Assembly (NCBI GenBank): GCA_963838215.1
Contig: CAWIQG010000003.1
Location: 64,240 to 128,239, forward strand
Source: an uncultured Bacteroidales bacterium
GTDB lineage: Bacteria; Bacteroidota; Bacteroidia; Bacteroidales; VadinHA17
Length of the DNA stretch: 64,000 nt
Reading direction: 5' to 3'
The notes beneath the pieces were generated by a model. It did no database searches. It was given only the letters and a program-made list of their open reading frames with translations, and was not told the origin of the DNA. The translations under genes and the position numbers were made by a program. Shown in pieces: positions 48,764 through 58,164 of the stretch (the first letter of the stretch is position 1; the number at the start of each line of letters is the position of its first letter).

Positions 48764-49195
48764 TTAAAGATCTTCTGCTGATCTGCCAGTATCTTTTCGT
48801 GATTTTTTAATGATCCCTCTGTACTTTTTTTTCTCAAGTCTTTTAATTTTAGAGGATAAAGTCGGTCTTGTAGATTGTCGTTTTAAAGGAATTGTCAGAG
48901 CTTTGGAAACTAACTCGTAGAACTTCTCAGTAACAACCATTTTATTCATAAGCTGCGTTCTCTCGGTTTGGGAAACGAGGATTAATTCATTTTCATTGTT
49001 GATCTTGTTCTTTAGCTTTTTAAAAATTAGCTCTTTTTCTTTTTCGGAAAAGGATGAAGTTAAAAGCAAATTAAATCGCAGTTCAACTTTAGTATTCACT
49101 TTATTGACATTCTGACCACCCGGACCACTGCTTCTGGATGTCGAATAGACAAATTCATTTTCTAAATTCCATTTTCTTAACTCTTCTGGACTCAT
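48764..49195 (-). CDS. arfB: Ribosome rescue factor ArfB (peptidyl-tRNA hydrolase, RF-1 domain)
   Basis: 143 aa, with the GGQ motif SGPGGQNVNKVNTKVELRF and a basic C-terminal tail. Confidence 0.85.
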   Translation of the reverse strand: MSPEELRKWNLENEFVYSTSRSSGPGGQNVNKVNTKVELRFNLLLTSSFSEKEKELIFKKLKNKINNENELILVSQTERTQLMNKMVVTEKFYELVSKALTIPLKRQSTRPTLSSKIKRLEKKKYRGIIKKSRKDTGRSAEDL

Positions 49196-49213
49196 AGATG
49201 TTTTTTACTATGG

Positions 49214-50116
49214 TTAAAGAAAAAACAAGGCAACTCCCGCAACACTGATAACGGCCCCAAAAACTTCAGGAAGAGTAACTTTCTCTTTAAACAGGACAAC
49301 TGCAGGAAGAATGATGAATACAGGAACAAGGGCCATGATTGTTGATGCTATTCCGGCTTCGGTATATTTAACTGCAATTAACGAAAAGGAGACTCCCAGA
49401 AACGGACCAAAAAATGCACCAAGGCTTGTCAGCAGCATACCTTCTTTATTACGGGTAGCCCTTATAACATTTCCCCACCGGAAAAGAACTGTCACAAGCA
49501 GAGTATAACCAATTATTCCAGCCATAATTCTTATCTGAGTAGCTGCGAACGGATCATAATCTTTTAATCCAAGCTTGCTAAGTACAAGCCCTAAAGCCTG
49601 TCCTACAGCTCCTCCGATAGCATACAGAATTCCCCTGGGGGCCAGTTTTAATGATAGTTTTTCACCTTTCCCATCCCTGCTGAAAATTGCTATAGCAATT
49701 CCTGAAAAGGTCAGCGTCATACCAAGATAATGAAACAGAGCAAGTTTCTCACCCAGAATAATAAAACTGAAAAACGCAGTGATAGGAGGGACAAGTGTCA
49801 TTATCAGCATTGAAAACCTTGAACCTATCAACATGTATGATTTAAACAGGAAAAGGTCGCCAAATACAAATCCGACCAATCCTGACAATGAAAGCCATAA
49901 CCAGTTCTCATAACTGGCATCTGACGGAAACATCAAACCTCGCCTTATAAAACAAAAAACACTTAGGAAAACAAATCCTATAACCAGTCTGAAAATATTA
50001 ACAACCACCGATCCCAGTTTGTTGCTCGCAGATTCAAATGAAAAAGATGTGACCGTCCAGAAAACGGCTGTCAGAAGAGCTGCAAATTCACCCAGATGAT
50101 GATTAAAGAAATTCAT
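49214..50116 (-). CDS. EamA/DMT-family transporter
   Basis: Ten predicted TM helices forming two EamA repeats. The length is 300 aa. Confidence 0.8.
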   Translation of the reverse strand: MNFFNHHLGEFAALLTAVFWTVTSFSFESASNKLGSVVVNIFRLVIGFVFLSVFCFIRRGLMFPSDASYENWLWLSLSGLVGFVFGDLFLFKSYMLIGSRFSMLIMTLVPPITAFFSFIILGEKLALFHYLGMTLTFSGIAIAIFSRDGKGEKLSLKLAPRGILYAIGGAVGQALGLVLSKLGLKDYDPFAATQIRIMAGIIGYTLLVTVLFRWGNVIRATRNKEGMLLTSLGAFFGPFLGVSFSLIAVKYTEAGIASTIMALVPVFIILPAVVLFKEKVTLPEVFGAVISVAGVALFFL

Positions 50117-50258
50117 TTTATTATCAGATAGCAGTAACTATCTTTAAAGGCCGTAAAATTATAACTATTTGTTTGTAATTTTTATGGGAAAGCTAAATGA
50201 TCAAAAATAATTGAACGCTTCAAAGACTCTAAGATTAAAAAATTATAATAAGTAAATT

Positions 50259-51005
50259 ATGGACATCAAAATTAGGGATCACTTTATTCAGCAATGGAAG
50301 AAATACTTTAACAATGCTGATCTGCCTGTCACATTTTATTACACTGATAATCCAGAAAATGCAAGACAGGCTACCACTTCAGATGAATGGAGGTGCCTTA
50401 TATGTGAGCTTAAAAAAGTCAGAGGTGGAGAATCTATGGCCTTTATTTCCGAAACAATAAAATGCAGCGGTGCAAAACGTTACCTGGGATTTGCCAACGA
50501 AATCCGTCCAAACTTTGAGTATTTCCTTTCGTGTGGAATTGAAAACAAAATGGAAGGAGAGAGGTATATCAGAACTCCTGAACTGGTAAAAGAATTAATG
50601 AGCAACCAGAAAGTGCTTGATATTACCGGAAAATATATTGTATTCAAAAGATGGGATATGCTGGATGAAAATGATAATCCGGATGTAGTAATCTTCTTCG
50701 CAGCACCTGATATTCTTTCCGGACTTTTTACCCTGGCAAATTATGACCAGAGTGAACCAAACAGCACTATAACGCCATTTGGCGCCGGGTGCGGATCAAT
50801 AGTCCATTATCCTTATATTGAAAAGGACTCACAAAGACCAAGAGCAGTAATTGGGTTATTTGATGTCTCAGCCAGAACATGTGTACCGGCAGGGATCCTT
50901 ACCTTTTCCGTTCCAATGATCAAATTTACTAAAATGATCAGCTATATGGATGAATGTTTTTTGATAACTGATTCCTGGAAAAAAGTTCAGAAAAGAATAA
51001 GTTAA
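50259..51005 (+). CDS. DUF169-family protein (tentative)
   Basis: 248 aa and soluble, with a Cys-containing central block (IKCSGAKRYLGF) reminiscent of DUF169. There is no functional motif. Confidence 0.45.
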   Translation: MDIKIRDHFIQQWKKYFNNADLPVTFYYTDNPENARQATTSDEWRCLICELKKVRGGESMAFISETIKCSGAKRYLGFANEIRPNFEYFLSCGIENKMEGERYIRTPELVKELMSNQKVLDITGKYIVFKRWDMLDENDNPDVVIFFAAPDILSGLFTLANYDQSEPNSTITPFGAGCGSIVHYPYIEKDSQRPRAVIGLFDVSARTCVPAGILTFSVPMIKFTKMISYMDECFLITDSWKKVQKRIS

Positions 51006-51016
51006 ATATATTTTAT

Positions 51017-53749
51017 CTATTCATTGATCTCAAAGACATAATCTCCTGATCCTGCTTCCATAAAGAGCTTATTGTCAGATGTTTTAATATCCTTAAGATA
51101 AACATTCTGAGAAAGTACTTTTCCACTTTCAGTAACTTTGCCTGCACTTATGGCTGGCAGAATAATTGTGGCTGTCGAGTTAGCAGGCACACTTATTTTT
51201 ATAGCCAGTTTTCCATCTTTTCTTTCCCATCCTGAAACAACTTTACCATATGAACTTTCAAATGAAGCTTTGGAAAATTCTAATTTTTTCGTTGGATGTG
51301 GCTGAATTATAAGATGTTTATAACCAGGTCCCATTGTCTCAATTCCTGCTGAAACCCTGTACATCCAATCACCAATGGCACCGTAAGCATAATGGTTAAA
51401 TGAATTCATACCGGGATCCTCGAAGGTGCTGTCGGTTTTCTCACCATCCCAGCGTTCCCAGATGGTAGTTGCCCCCATTTTTACAGGGTAGAGCCATGAA
51501 GGATATGACTCCTGTAAAAGCAGGTCATAAGCAACATCAGTGTAACCATTATCCGACAGAACATGACACAGGTATGGCGTACCAAGAAAACCAGTTGAGA
51601 GGTGATTCCTTCTGCTTTTTATGTCCTCGACCAGAAAACCAGCAGATTTTTCGCGAAGATTATCTGGTAAAAGATTAAACATCAGTGCCAGAATATATGA
51701 CGTCTGTGAATTGGTTCCAACTCTTCCCCCGCTTGTAACATATTCATTAATAAATACTTCTTTAATTTTTTTAAACTGATCAGAGTAGAATTTTTCATCT
51801 TCTTTTTTGCCAAGCTCTTTTGCAGAAGCTGCGAGGATACTTGTTGAATAAGCATAAAATGCAGTAGCTATAAAATCGTGATCCGTATAGCCATCAGGTT
51901 CAGTGTGATTATCTATGGGAGGATGGTAAAACAGCCAGTCGCCATAAACACTTCCTCCTTTCCAGATAAAAGAATCACCTGCTTTTTTTCTGATGTATTC
52001 AACCCAGGCTTTCATACTTGGGTACTGTGTTTCAAGCAATCTCTTATCACCATATACTGTATACATTGTCCAGGGTGCTATAACAGCAACATCTCCCCAT
52101 CCGGCTGAAGGCTGTGTGGTTGTTGATCCCTGTTTGTCAAGAATATCGGGAATGACCACTGGTATTTCTCCTGCAGGTTTCTGATCAGCAGCAATATCTT
52201 TCAGCCATTTAGTAAAAAATGAAGAAACATCCATATTAAATGCTGCAGTTCTGCAAAATGCCTGGGCATCACCTGTCCAGCCAAGACGCTCATCTCTCTG
52301 CGGACAGTCAGTCGGAACATCTACAAAATTACCTTTTTGTCCCCACTGAATATTATGCTGTAGCTGGTTCACCATGGGATTTGAACATTCGTAGTTGCCT
52401 GTTACAGCCATATCCGAATGTACAACAATTCCTGTAAGATTATCAGTTGTCAGTTCACCCGGGAATCCTTTCACTTCGACAAATCTGAATCCCATAAATG
52501 TAAATCGTGGTTCATAGATTTCTTCACCTGAACCAGCTAGAGTGTAAGTGAGCTGACATTTGGCAGCACGATAATTTGTAGTATAAAACTCACCTGATTT
52601 ATCCATTACTTCTGCATGTCTCAATGTGATGACGGTCCCTTTATTTCCAGTGACTTTTAACCTCAACCAGCCAACCATGTTCTGTCCCATATCAACAATC
52701 AGGTCGCCTTTAGGTGTCCGGAATATTTTGACCGGTTTTATTTCCTGGATTTTTCTGACCGGGGATCCTTCAGATGCAATCAGGTTACTATTATTATAAT
52801 TACCGGTTTTTACACTTTGCCAGTTTTTGTCATTAAACCCCGACAAATCCCATCCGGTAAGTTTCCTGGTAGCATCGAATGTCTCGCCGTTATAAATGTC
52901 ATTCATCCTTATTGCCCCGTCATTTGAAGCTTTCCATGTCTCATCACTGATAATCAAAGATTCAGAACCATCGGTGAATATGATTCTTAATTGCAGAAGG
53001 AGACCAAGTCTTTTTCCATATATTGCCCAGTTATTACCCCATGCAAGAGTTCCCCTGTACCAGCCGTCACCAAGAACGGCCCCGATTGTATTATTCCCTT
53101 TTGTCAACATGCCCGTAACATCATAAACCTGGTACTGAAGTCTCTTACCATAAGAGGTCCAGCCGGGAGTAAGCACCTGATCACCAACTTTTTTACCATT
53201 CAGATGAAGCTCATAAAAACCATGAGATGTAACATAAACTCTTGCGCTTGCTATGCTTTTTCCGACAGGAAATTCCTTCCTGAAATGAGGGGAAGGGGCA
53301 TATCTTAATGTATCAGCTTCCATTTCAATCCATTTTGCTTTCCATTCGGATTGCCGGAGCAGTCCCATTTCCCAGAAAGCAATTTCGCTCCATTTAGACT
53401 CTCTTCCTTTGTTGTCCCATATTTTTACCTGCCAGAAGTATCTCTGTCCCGATTTAAGTTCAGGCCCGTTATAAGCCTGAAGAATTGATTCATCAGAATC
53501 AGTCTTTCCTGATTGCCAGACTATCTTACTTGTAGAGAAATTTTCGTCCGTTGCCAACCTGACAGAATATGCACTTTGCATAATATTATTTCCTGTTCCG
53601 GTAATTTTCCAGGAAAGTCTCGGTTGTGTGACATCAATCCCTATCGGATTTTTTTTATGTTCACAGGTCATCTCTTTAACGGACAAATCCTGAGCAAGAG
53701 CGATCCCTGAAAGACAAACAAAAATAAGTACGAGCTTAAATGATTTCAT
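51017..53749 (-). CDS. Alpha-L-rhamnosidase (GH78), secreted
   Basis: 910 aa with a signal peptide. The GH78 signature is VPTDCPQRDERLGWTGDAQAF, and the N-terminal rhamnosidase domains follow the PRLSWK pattern. Confidence 0.9.
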   Translation of the reverse strand: MKSFKLVLIFVCLSGIALAQDLSVKEMTCEHKKNPIGIDVTQPRLSWKITGTGNNIMQSAYSVRLATDENFSTSKIVWQSGKTDSDESILQAYNGPELKSGQRYFWQVKIWDNKGRESKWSEIAFWEMGLLRQSEWKAKWIEMEADTLRYAPSPHFRKEFPVGKSIASARVYVTSHGFYELHLNGKKVGDQVLTPGWTSYGKRLQYQVYDVTGMLTKGNNTIGAVLGDGWYRGTLAWGNNWAIYGKRLGLLLQLRIIFTDGSESLIISDETWKASNDGAIRMNDIYNGETFDATRKLTGWDLSGFNDKNWQSVKTGNYNNSNLIASEGSPVRKIQEIKPVKIFRTPKGDLIVDMGQNMVGWLRLKVTGNKGTVITLRHAEVMDKSGEFYTTNYRAAKCQLTYTLAGSGEEIYEPRFTFMGFRFVEVKGFPGELTTDNLTGIVVHSDMAVTGNYECSNPMVNQLQHNIQWGQKGNFVDVPTDCPQRDERLGWTGDAQAFCRTAAFNMDVSSFFTKWLKDIAADQKPAGEIPVVIPDILDKQGSTTTQPSAGWGDVAVIAPWTMYTVYGDKRLLETQYPSMKAWVEYIRKKAGDSFIWKGGSVYGDWLFYHPPIDNHTEPDGYTDHDFIATAFYAYSTSILAASAKELGKKEDEKFYSDQFKKIKEVFINEYVTSGGRVGTNSQTSYILALMFNLLPDNLREKSAGFLVEDIKSRRNHLSTGFLGTPYLCHVLSDNGYTDVAYDLLLQESYPSWLYPVKMGATTIWERWDGEKTDSTFEDPGMNSFNHYAYGAIGDWMYRVSAGIETMGPGYKHLIIQPHPTKKLEFSKASFESSYGKVVSGWERKDGKLAIKISVPANSTATIILPAISAGKVTESGKVLSQNVYLKDIKTSDNKLFMEAGSGDYVFEINE

Positions 53750-53873
53750 GATTTAATGGTATTTGGTAATAAAAATCAGGATTATATAATAGTGTCTGAA
53801 AAAAAATCACATAAAACTTAATTTCATCCCTTAAAGTTAATAAATTGCGATTCAGTCCAAAAAAAATAATCAA

Positions 53874-54902
53874 ATGAATCCATTTGCGGGTATCTTATTA
53901 ATAGCACTGGGAAGTATAGGCGCAGCAAGCTTTTATGTTCCGTTCAAAAAAGTTAAATCATGGGCGTGGGAATCATACTGGCTGAGTCAGGGTGTTGCTG
54001 CCTGGCTGATTGCCCCAATATTATTCGCATTTATTTTTGTTCCACGGGGAGAACTTTTCCCGATAATCAATGAAGCACCCTCGTCTGCCAAATTGATGGC
54101 CATGTTTTTTGGAGCTTTGTGGGGCTTTGGCGGATTGACATTCGGATTAAGCATTCGTTATCTCGGAGTAGCACTTGGACAGAGTATTGCACTTGGCCTC
54201 TGCGCAGCATTTGGAACCCTTATACCTCCGGTAATCGCAGGGCAAAGCCTGTTTTCTTCAACTGCAGGAATATTAACAATAACCGGAGTTTCTATTACAG
54301 TGGCAGGAATTGCAATAATCGGTTATGCCGGATCACTGAAAAGCAGAGAGATGACCGATGAAGAAAAGAAAGCTGCTGTAAAAGAATTTGCTCTGAAAAA
54401 AGGGATCTTCATTGCAGTTTTTGCTGGTGTGATGAGCGCCTGCTTTAATTTTGGATTTGAATCAGGCAAGCCGATAGAAAACGTTGCCCTTGCTCATGGA
54501 ACAAATCCGCTGTTTCAAAAAAACCCATCGCTGATATTTATCCTTTTGGGTGGTTTTATAACAAACCTGGTATATTGTGGTTATCTGAATATTAAGAATA
54601 AAACATACAGGGATTATTATTCCGTTCCAGGCAGTGTACTTCTGAATAATCTGTTTTTCACTTTTCTGGCAGGCTTGTTATGGTTTCTTCAGTTTCATTT
54701 CTTCGGAATGGGCTCCAGCAAGCTACCTTCAGGAATGGCAGTTTTCGGATGGAGCATTCTGATGGCTCTGAACATAGCAATAAGCAATATCTGGGGCATA
54801 TTCCTTAAAGAATGGAAAGGAGCCAGAAGGAAAACAATAATTGTGCTGATTACAGGGATTTTAGTTCTTATTCTTTCAACATTTGTTGTTAAATTAAGAT
54901 AA
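53874..54902 (+). CDS. rhaT: L-rhamnose/H+ symporter
   Basis: The N-terminus GAASFYVPFKKVKSWAWESYW closely parallels E. coli RhaT (ACFYAPFKKVKKWSWETMW). There are 10 TM helices. Confidence 0.9.
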   Translation: MNPFAGILLIALGSIGAASFYVPFKKVKSWAWESYWLSQGVAAWLIAPILFAFIFVPRGELFPIINEAPSSAKLMAMFFGALWGFGGLTFGLSIRYLGVALGQSIALGLCAAFGTLIPPVIAGQSLFSSTAGILTITGVSITVAGIAIIGYAGSLKSREMTDEEKKAAVKEFALKKGIFIAVFAGVMSACFNFGFESGKPIENVALAHGTNPLFQKNPSLIFILLGGFITNLVYCGYLNIKNKTYRDYYSVPGSVLLNNLFFTFLAGLLWFLQFHFFGMGSSKLPSGMAVFGWSILMALNIAISNIWGIFLKEWKGARRKTIIVLITGILVLILSTFVVKLR

Positions 54903-55228
54903 TGAATATGGAAACAAAAAGATTTGGTTTTAAGATGAAGATGTACCCCGGTTTCAAAGAAGAATATAGAAAACGTCATGCTGAAATATGGCCGGAGCTG
55001 GTCAGATTATTAAAAAATGAAGGAATAGGGAATTATTCAATCTTTCTGGATGAAGAGACAAATACACTGTTTGCTTACCAGGAACAATCGGGTGAAAGTT
55101 CATCGCAGGACCTTGGAAACACGGAAATTGTCAAAAAGTGGTGGAAATATATGGCAGATATTATGGTAACTAATCCCGATAATTCTCCGGTGAGTATTCC
55201 CCTGGAGCAGGTGTTTTATATGGAGTAA
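54902..55228 (+). CDS. rhaM: L-rhamnose mutarotase
   Basis: The block FKMKMYPGFKEEYRKRHAEIWPELVRLLKNEGIGNYSIFLDEETNTLFAY parallels E. coli RhaM. Confidence 0.85.
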   Translation: MNMETKRFGFKMKMYPGFKEEYRKRHAEIWPELVRLLKNEGIGNYSIFLDEETNTLFAYQEQSGESSSQDLGNTEIVKKWWKYMADIMVTNPDNSPVSIPLEQVFYME

Positions 55229-55277
55229 GATAAAAGACAAAAGACAAAAGATAAAAGACAAAAGTTAAAAGATAAAA
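55229..55277. repeat. Heptanucleotide tandem repeat (GAYAAAA-like) x7
   Basis: GATAAAA GACAAAA GACAAAA GATAAAA GACAAAA GTTAAAA GATAAAA starts immediately after the rhaM stop codon. Confidence 0.9.
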
Positions 55278-55407
55278 TTAATTTGGTAAAGAGAAATTTG
55301 GTGAAAGGGGAGATTAAAAACAGTACAACTCTGTGAACAACTCCGTGTGACACAGTGGTTAATAAAAGAGTAAAAAGAATAACCAGTAATGCTAAATAAT
55401 ACAGATT

Positions 55408-56673
55408 ATGAAAAAAGAAATTATTGAAAAATCATATCAGCTGGCAAAAGAACAATATGCCGCATTAGGAATTGATACTGACAAGGTTCTTTCTGAACTG
55501 GACAAAATAAATATTAGTCTGCATTGCTGGCAAACTGATGATGTTGGCGGTTTTGAAAAAGCGGGAGCTGTACTTGGAGGAGGAGGTATCCAGGCTACCG
55601 GTAACTTCCCGGGCAAAGCAAAAACCATCGAACAGATGAGAGCAGATCTCGACAAGGTGATGTCGCTCCTTCCCGGAAAACAAAGGTTAAATCTTCATGC
55701 TATTTATGGTGAGTTTGGGGGAAAACTTGTCGACCGCGATCAGATAGAACCAAAGCATTTTCAGGGTTGGATCAACTGGGCCAAAAAGAGAGGTATAGGT
55801 CTTGACTTTAACTGTACTTGTTTTTCACACCCTTATGCTGATGACGGCTTTACTCTTTCGAGCAAGAATGAAGAAATACGAAAATTCTGGGTTGAGCATA
55901 CAAAACGATGCAGAGCTATCGGTGCTGAAATGGGAAAACAGCTTGGTACTCCGACTGTGCACAATATATGGGTACCTGATGGTATGAAAGATACACCGGT
56001 TGACAGAAATAAACTGCGTAAACTTTTAAAAAAATCATTGGATGAGATTTTTGCAATAAAATACCCGAAAAAGTATCTTAAAGATTCAGTTGAAAGCAAG
56101 CTGTTCGGAATAGGATCAGAGGCGATGGTAGTAGGATCACATGATTTTTATCTGGGATATGCAATAAAAAATAATACTTTGATAACCCTCGATAATGGCC
56201 ATTTTCATCCTACTGAATCGGTGGGTGATAAAATTTCTTCTATTCTGCATTTTGTTGATGAAATCCTTTTACACCTTACCCGTGGCGTTCGATGGGACAG
56301 CGATCATGTACTTACATTTAACGACGAGTTACTACTTATAGCTCAGGAAATAGTACGCTGCAAGGCCCTGAACAGAGTTAATATCGGTCTCGATTTCTTC
56401 GATGCAAGTCTTAATCGTATAGGAGCGTATGTAATTGGTACGCGCTCAGCTCAACTTGCCTTTTTATTTGCATTACTTGAGCCATATAAAACTCTTGTCA
56501 GGTTCGAAGATCAGGGTAAAAACTTTGAAAGGCTTGCATTTCTTGAGTTACTCAAAACCATGCCTTTCGGAGCTGTCTACGATTATTATTGTTTGAAAAA
56601 TAAGGTGCCAGTAGGGCAGGATTATATTGAAGAGATTGTGATATACGAAAAAGAGGTACTTTCGAAAAGATGA
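55408..56673 (+). CDS. rhaA: L-rhamnose isomerase
   Basis: The N-terminus LAKEQYAALGIDTDKVLSELDKINISLHCWQTDDVGGFE parallels E. coli RhaA. The length is 421 aa. Confidence 0.95.
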   Translation: MKKEIIEKSYQLAKEQYAALGIDTDKVLSELDKINISLHCWQTDDVGGFEKAGAVLGGGGIQATGNFPGKAKTIEQMRADLDKVMSLLPGKQRLNLHAIYGEFGGKLVDRDQIEPKHFQGWINWAKKRGIGLDFNCTCFSHPYADDGFTLSSKNEEIRKFWVEHTKRCRAIGAEMGKQLGTPTVHNIWVPDGMKDTPVDRNKLRKLLKKSLDEIFAIKYPKKYLKDSVESKLFGIGSEAMVVGSHDFYLGYAIKNNTLITLDNGHFHPTESVGDKISSILHFVDEILLHLTRGVRWDSDHVLTFNDELLLIAQEIVRCKALNRVNIGLDFFDASLNRIGAYVIGTRSAQLAFLFALLEPYKTLVRFEDQGKNFERLAFLELLKTMPFGAVYDYYCLKNKVPVGQDYIEEIVIYEKEVLSKR

Positions 56674-56676
56674 CAT

Positions 56677-56699
56677 ATAAGTGTTGGTTTTACACTTAT
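56677..56699 (+). terminator. Hairpin after rhaA (weak terminator candidate)
   Basis: ATAAGTGT (56677-56684) pairs with ACACTTAT (56692-56699), a perfect 8-bp stem. There is no clear U tract. Confidence 0.3.
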
Positions 56700-56774
56700 T
56701 ATAAAAATCATATTTCAGTTAATTATTATTCATTCAATAAATAATAAATTGAATACAGAGAAATTATATAGTAT

Positions 56775-58127
56775 ATGAAAGAACCAGTTATTGCCATATT
56801 TGATATAGGGAAGACAAATAAAAAACTAATTCTGTTTAATTATGACCTTGAAGTAGTTTCTGAGACAGAGCAAATATTTATTGAAACTAAAGATGATGAT
56901 GGATTCGAATGTGATGATATTGAACTTATTGAACGATGGATTAAAGAGTCAATAATCAGGCTGGTGCATTCAGATAAGTACGATATTAAGGCAGTTAATT
57001 TTGCAACTTATGGCGCTACTATTGTCAATCTTGATGCAAATGGAAAAAGAATTACTCCAGTCTATAATTATCTGAAACCGATGGATGAAAAAATACCCGA
57101 GAGCTTGTACAAAAGACACGGCGGGAGGGATGAGTTTTGCAGAAGGACAGCCTCTCCAGCTCTAGGTATGCTCAACTCCGGCTTACAACCACTTTGGTTA
57201 AAGGCAGTTAAGCCTGAAATATTTTCTAAAGTAAAATACATTCTTCATTTTCCACAGTATCTTTCTTTCATACTAACCGGAAAGATTTATTCAGAACATA
57301 CCTCGATAGGATGTCACACCGCCCTGTGGGATTTCGATAATATGAGTTACCATCCGTGGGTTAAAAATCGTGGATTGAACTTGCCTGAGCCCTTTCCTGT
57401 CGACACTCTTAATGAAGTAGTTGTTGAAGGAAAAAAATTGCAGATTGGAATTGGAATTCATGACAGTTCAGCTTCTCTTGCTCCTTATTTTAAAGGAAGC
57501 AATGGCAAGTTTTTGTTATTGTCAACCGGAACCTGGTGTATTAATATGAATCCATTCAATACTGAAAAACTAACCGCAGAACAGCTCGATAAAGACTGTC
57601 TATGTTATATGAGTATTGAAAGGCAACCCGTAAAATCTTCAAGATTATTCCTTGGACATCTGCATGAAACAGCAGTGAAACTTATAACAATGCATTTTAA
57701 CAAATCAGAGGATTATTATAGAAAAATCAAAGCTGACAGACAATTATCTGCCAATTTAAGAGATAAATTCAAAGAGAAAAAGGTATTCTTTAAAGCCAGA
57801 CCTGATTCGCGGGAACTGAAGGATTACATCGACCTGTATGAATTCAGTTCACTTGAAGAAGCTTATCATCAGTTAATGAATGAGTTATGTGATATTACTG
57901 TAGAAGCAATCGATCTTGTCCTTCCAGAAAATGATGAAACCTCAAACATATATATTACAGGTGGATTTTCAAAAAATGAACTTTTCTATAATTATATCAC
58001 GGAAGCGTATCCCTCAAAACTGGTCTATACTTCAGAAATTGCTAATTCCTCCGCCCTTGGAGCGGCACTTGTTATTGCAGGTTCCAGGCCATCACTTAAT
58101 CTGGGCCTGACCAAATGCGTAGAATAG
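56775..58127 (+). CDS. FGGY-family sugar kinase, probably rhamnulokinase
   Basis: The N-terminal actin-fold phosphate-1 motif is IAIFDIGKTNKK, and FGGY-like blocks are GIGIHDSSAS and LSTGTWC. It lies directly downstream of rhaA. Confidence 0.6.
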   Translation: MKEPVIAIFDIGKTNKKLILFNYDLEVVSETEQIFIETKDDDGFECDDIELIERWIKESIIRLVHSDKYDIKAVNFATYGATIVNLDANGKRITPVYNYLKPMDEKIPESLYKRHGGRDEFCRRTASPALGMLNSGLQPLWLKAVKPEIFSKVKYILHFPQYLSFILTGKIYSEHTSIGCHTALWDFDNMSYHPWVKNRGLNLPEPFPVDTLNEVVVEGKKLQIGIGIHDSSASLAPYFKGSNGKFLLLSTGTWCINMNPFNTEKLTAEQLDKDCLCYMSIERQPVKSSRLFLGHLHETAVKLITMHFNKSEDYYRKIKADRQLSANLRDKFKEKKVFFKARPDSRELKDYIDLYEFSSLEEAYHQLMNELCDITVEAIDLVLPENDETSNIYITGGFSKNELFYNYITEAYPSKLVYTSEIANSSALGAALVIAGSRPSLNLGLTKCVE

Positions 58128-58164
58128 ATTTTACTTGACTTCTGTTTTAATGGATATTCAATAA

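Noticed and set aside
51469-53710. Multiple plus-strand ORFs of 63-105 aa
   Set aside because: All lie antisense within the 910-aa GH78 rhamnosidase gene, which has unambiguous family signatures.
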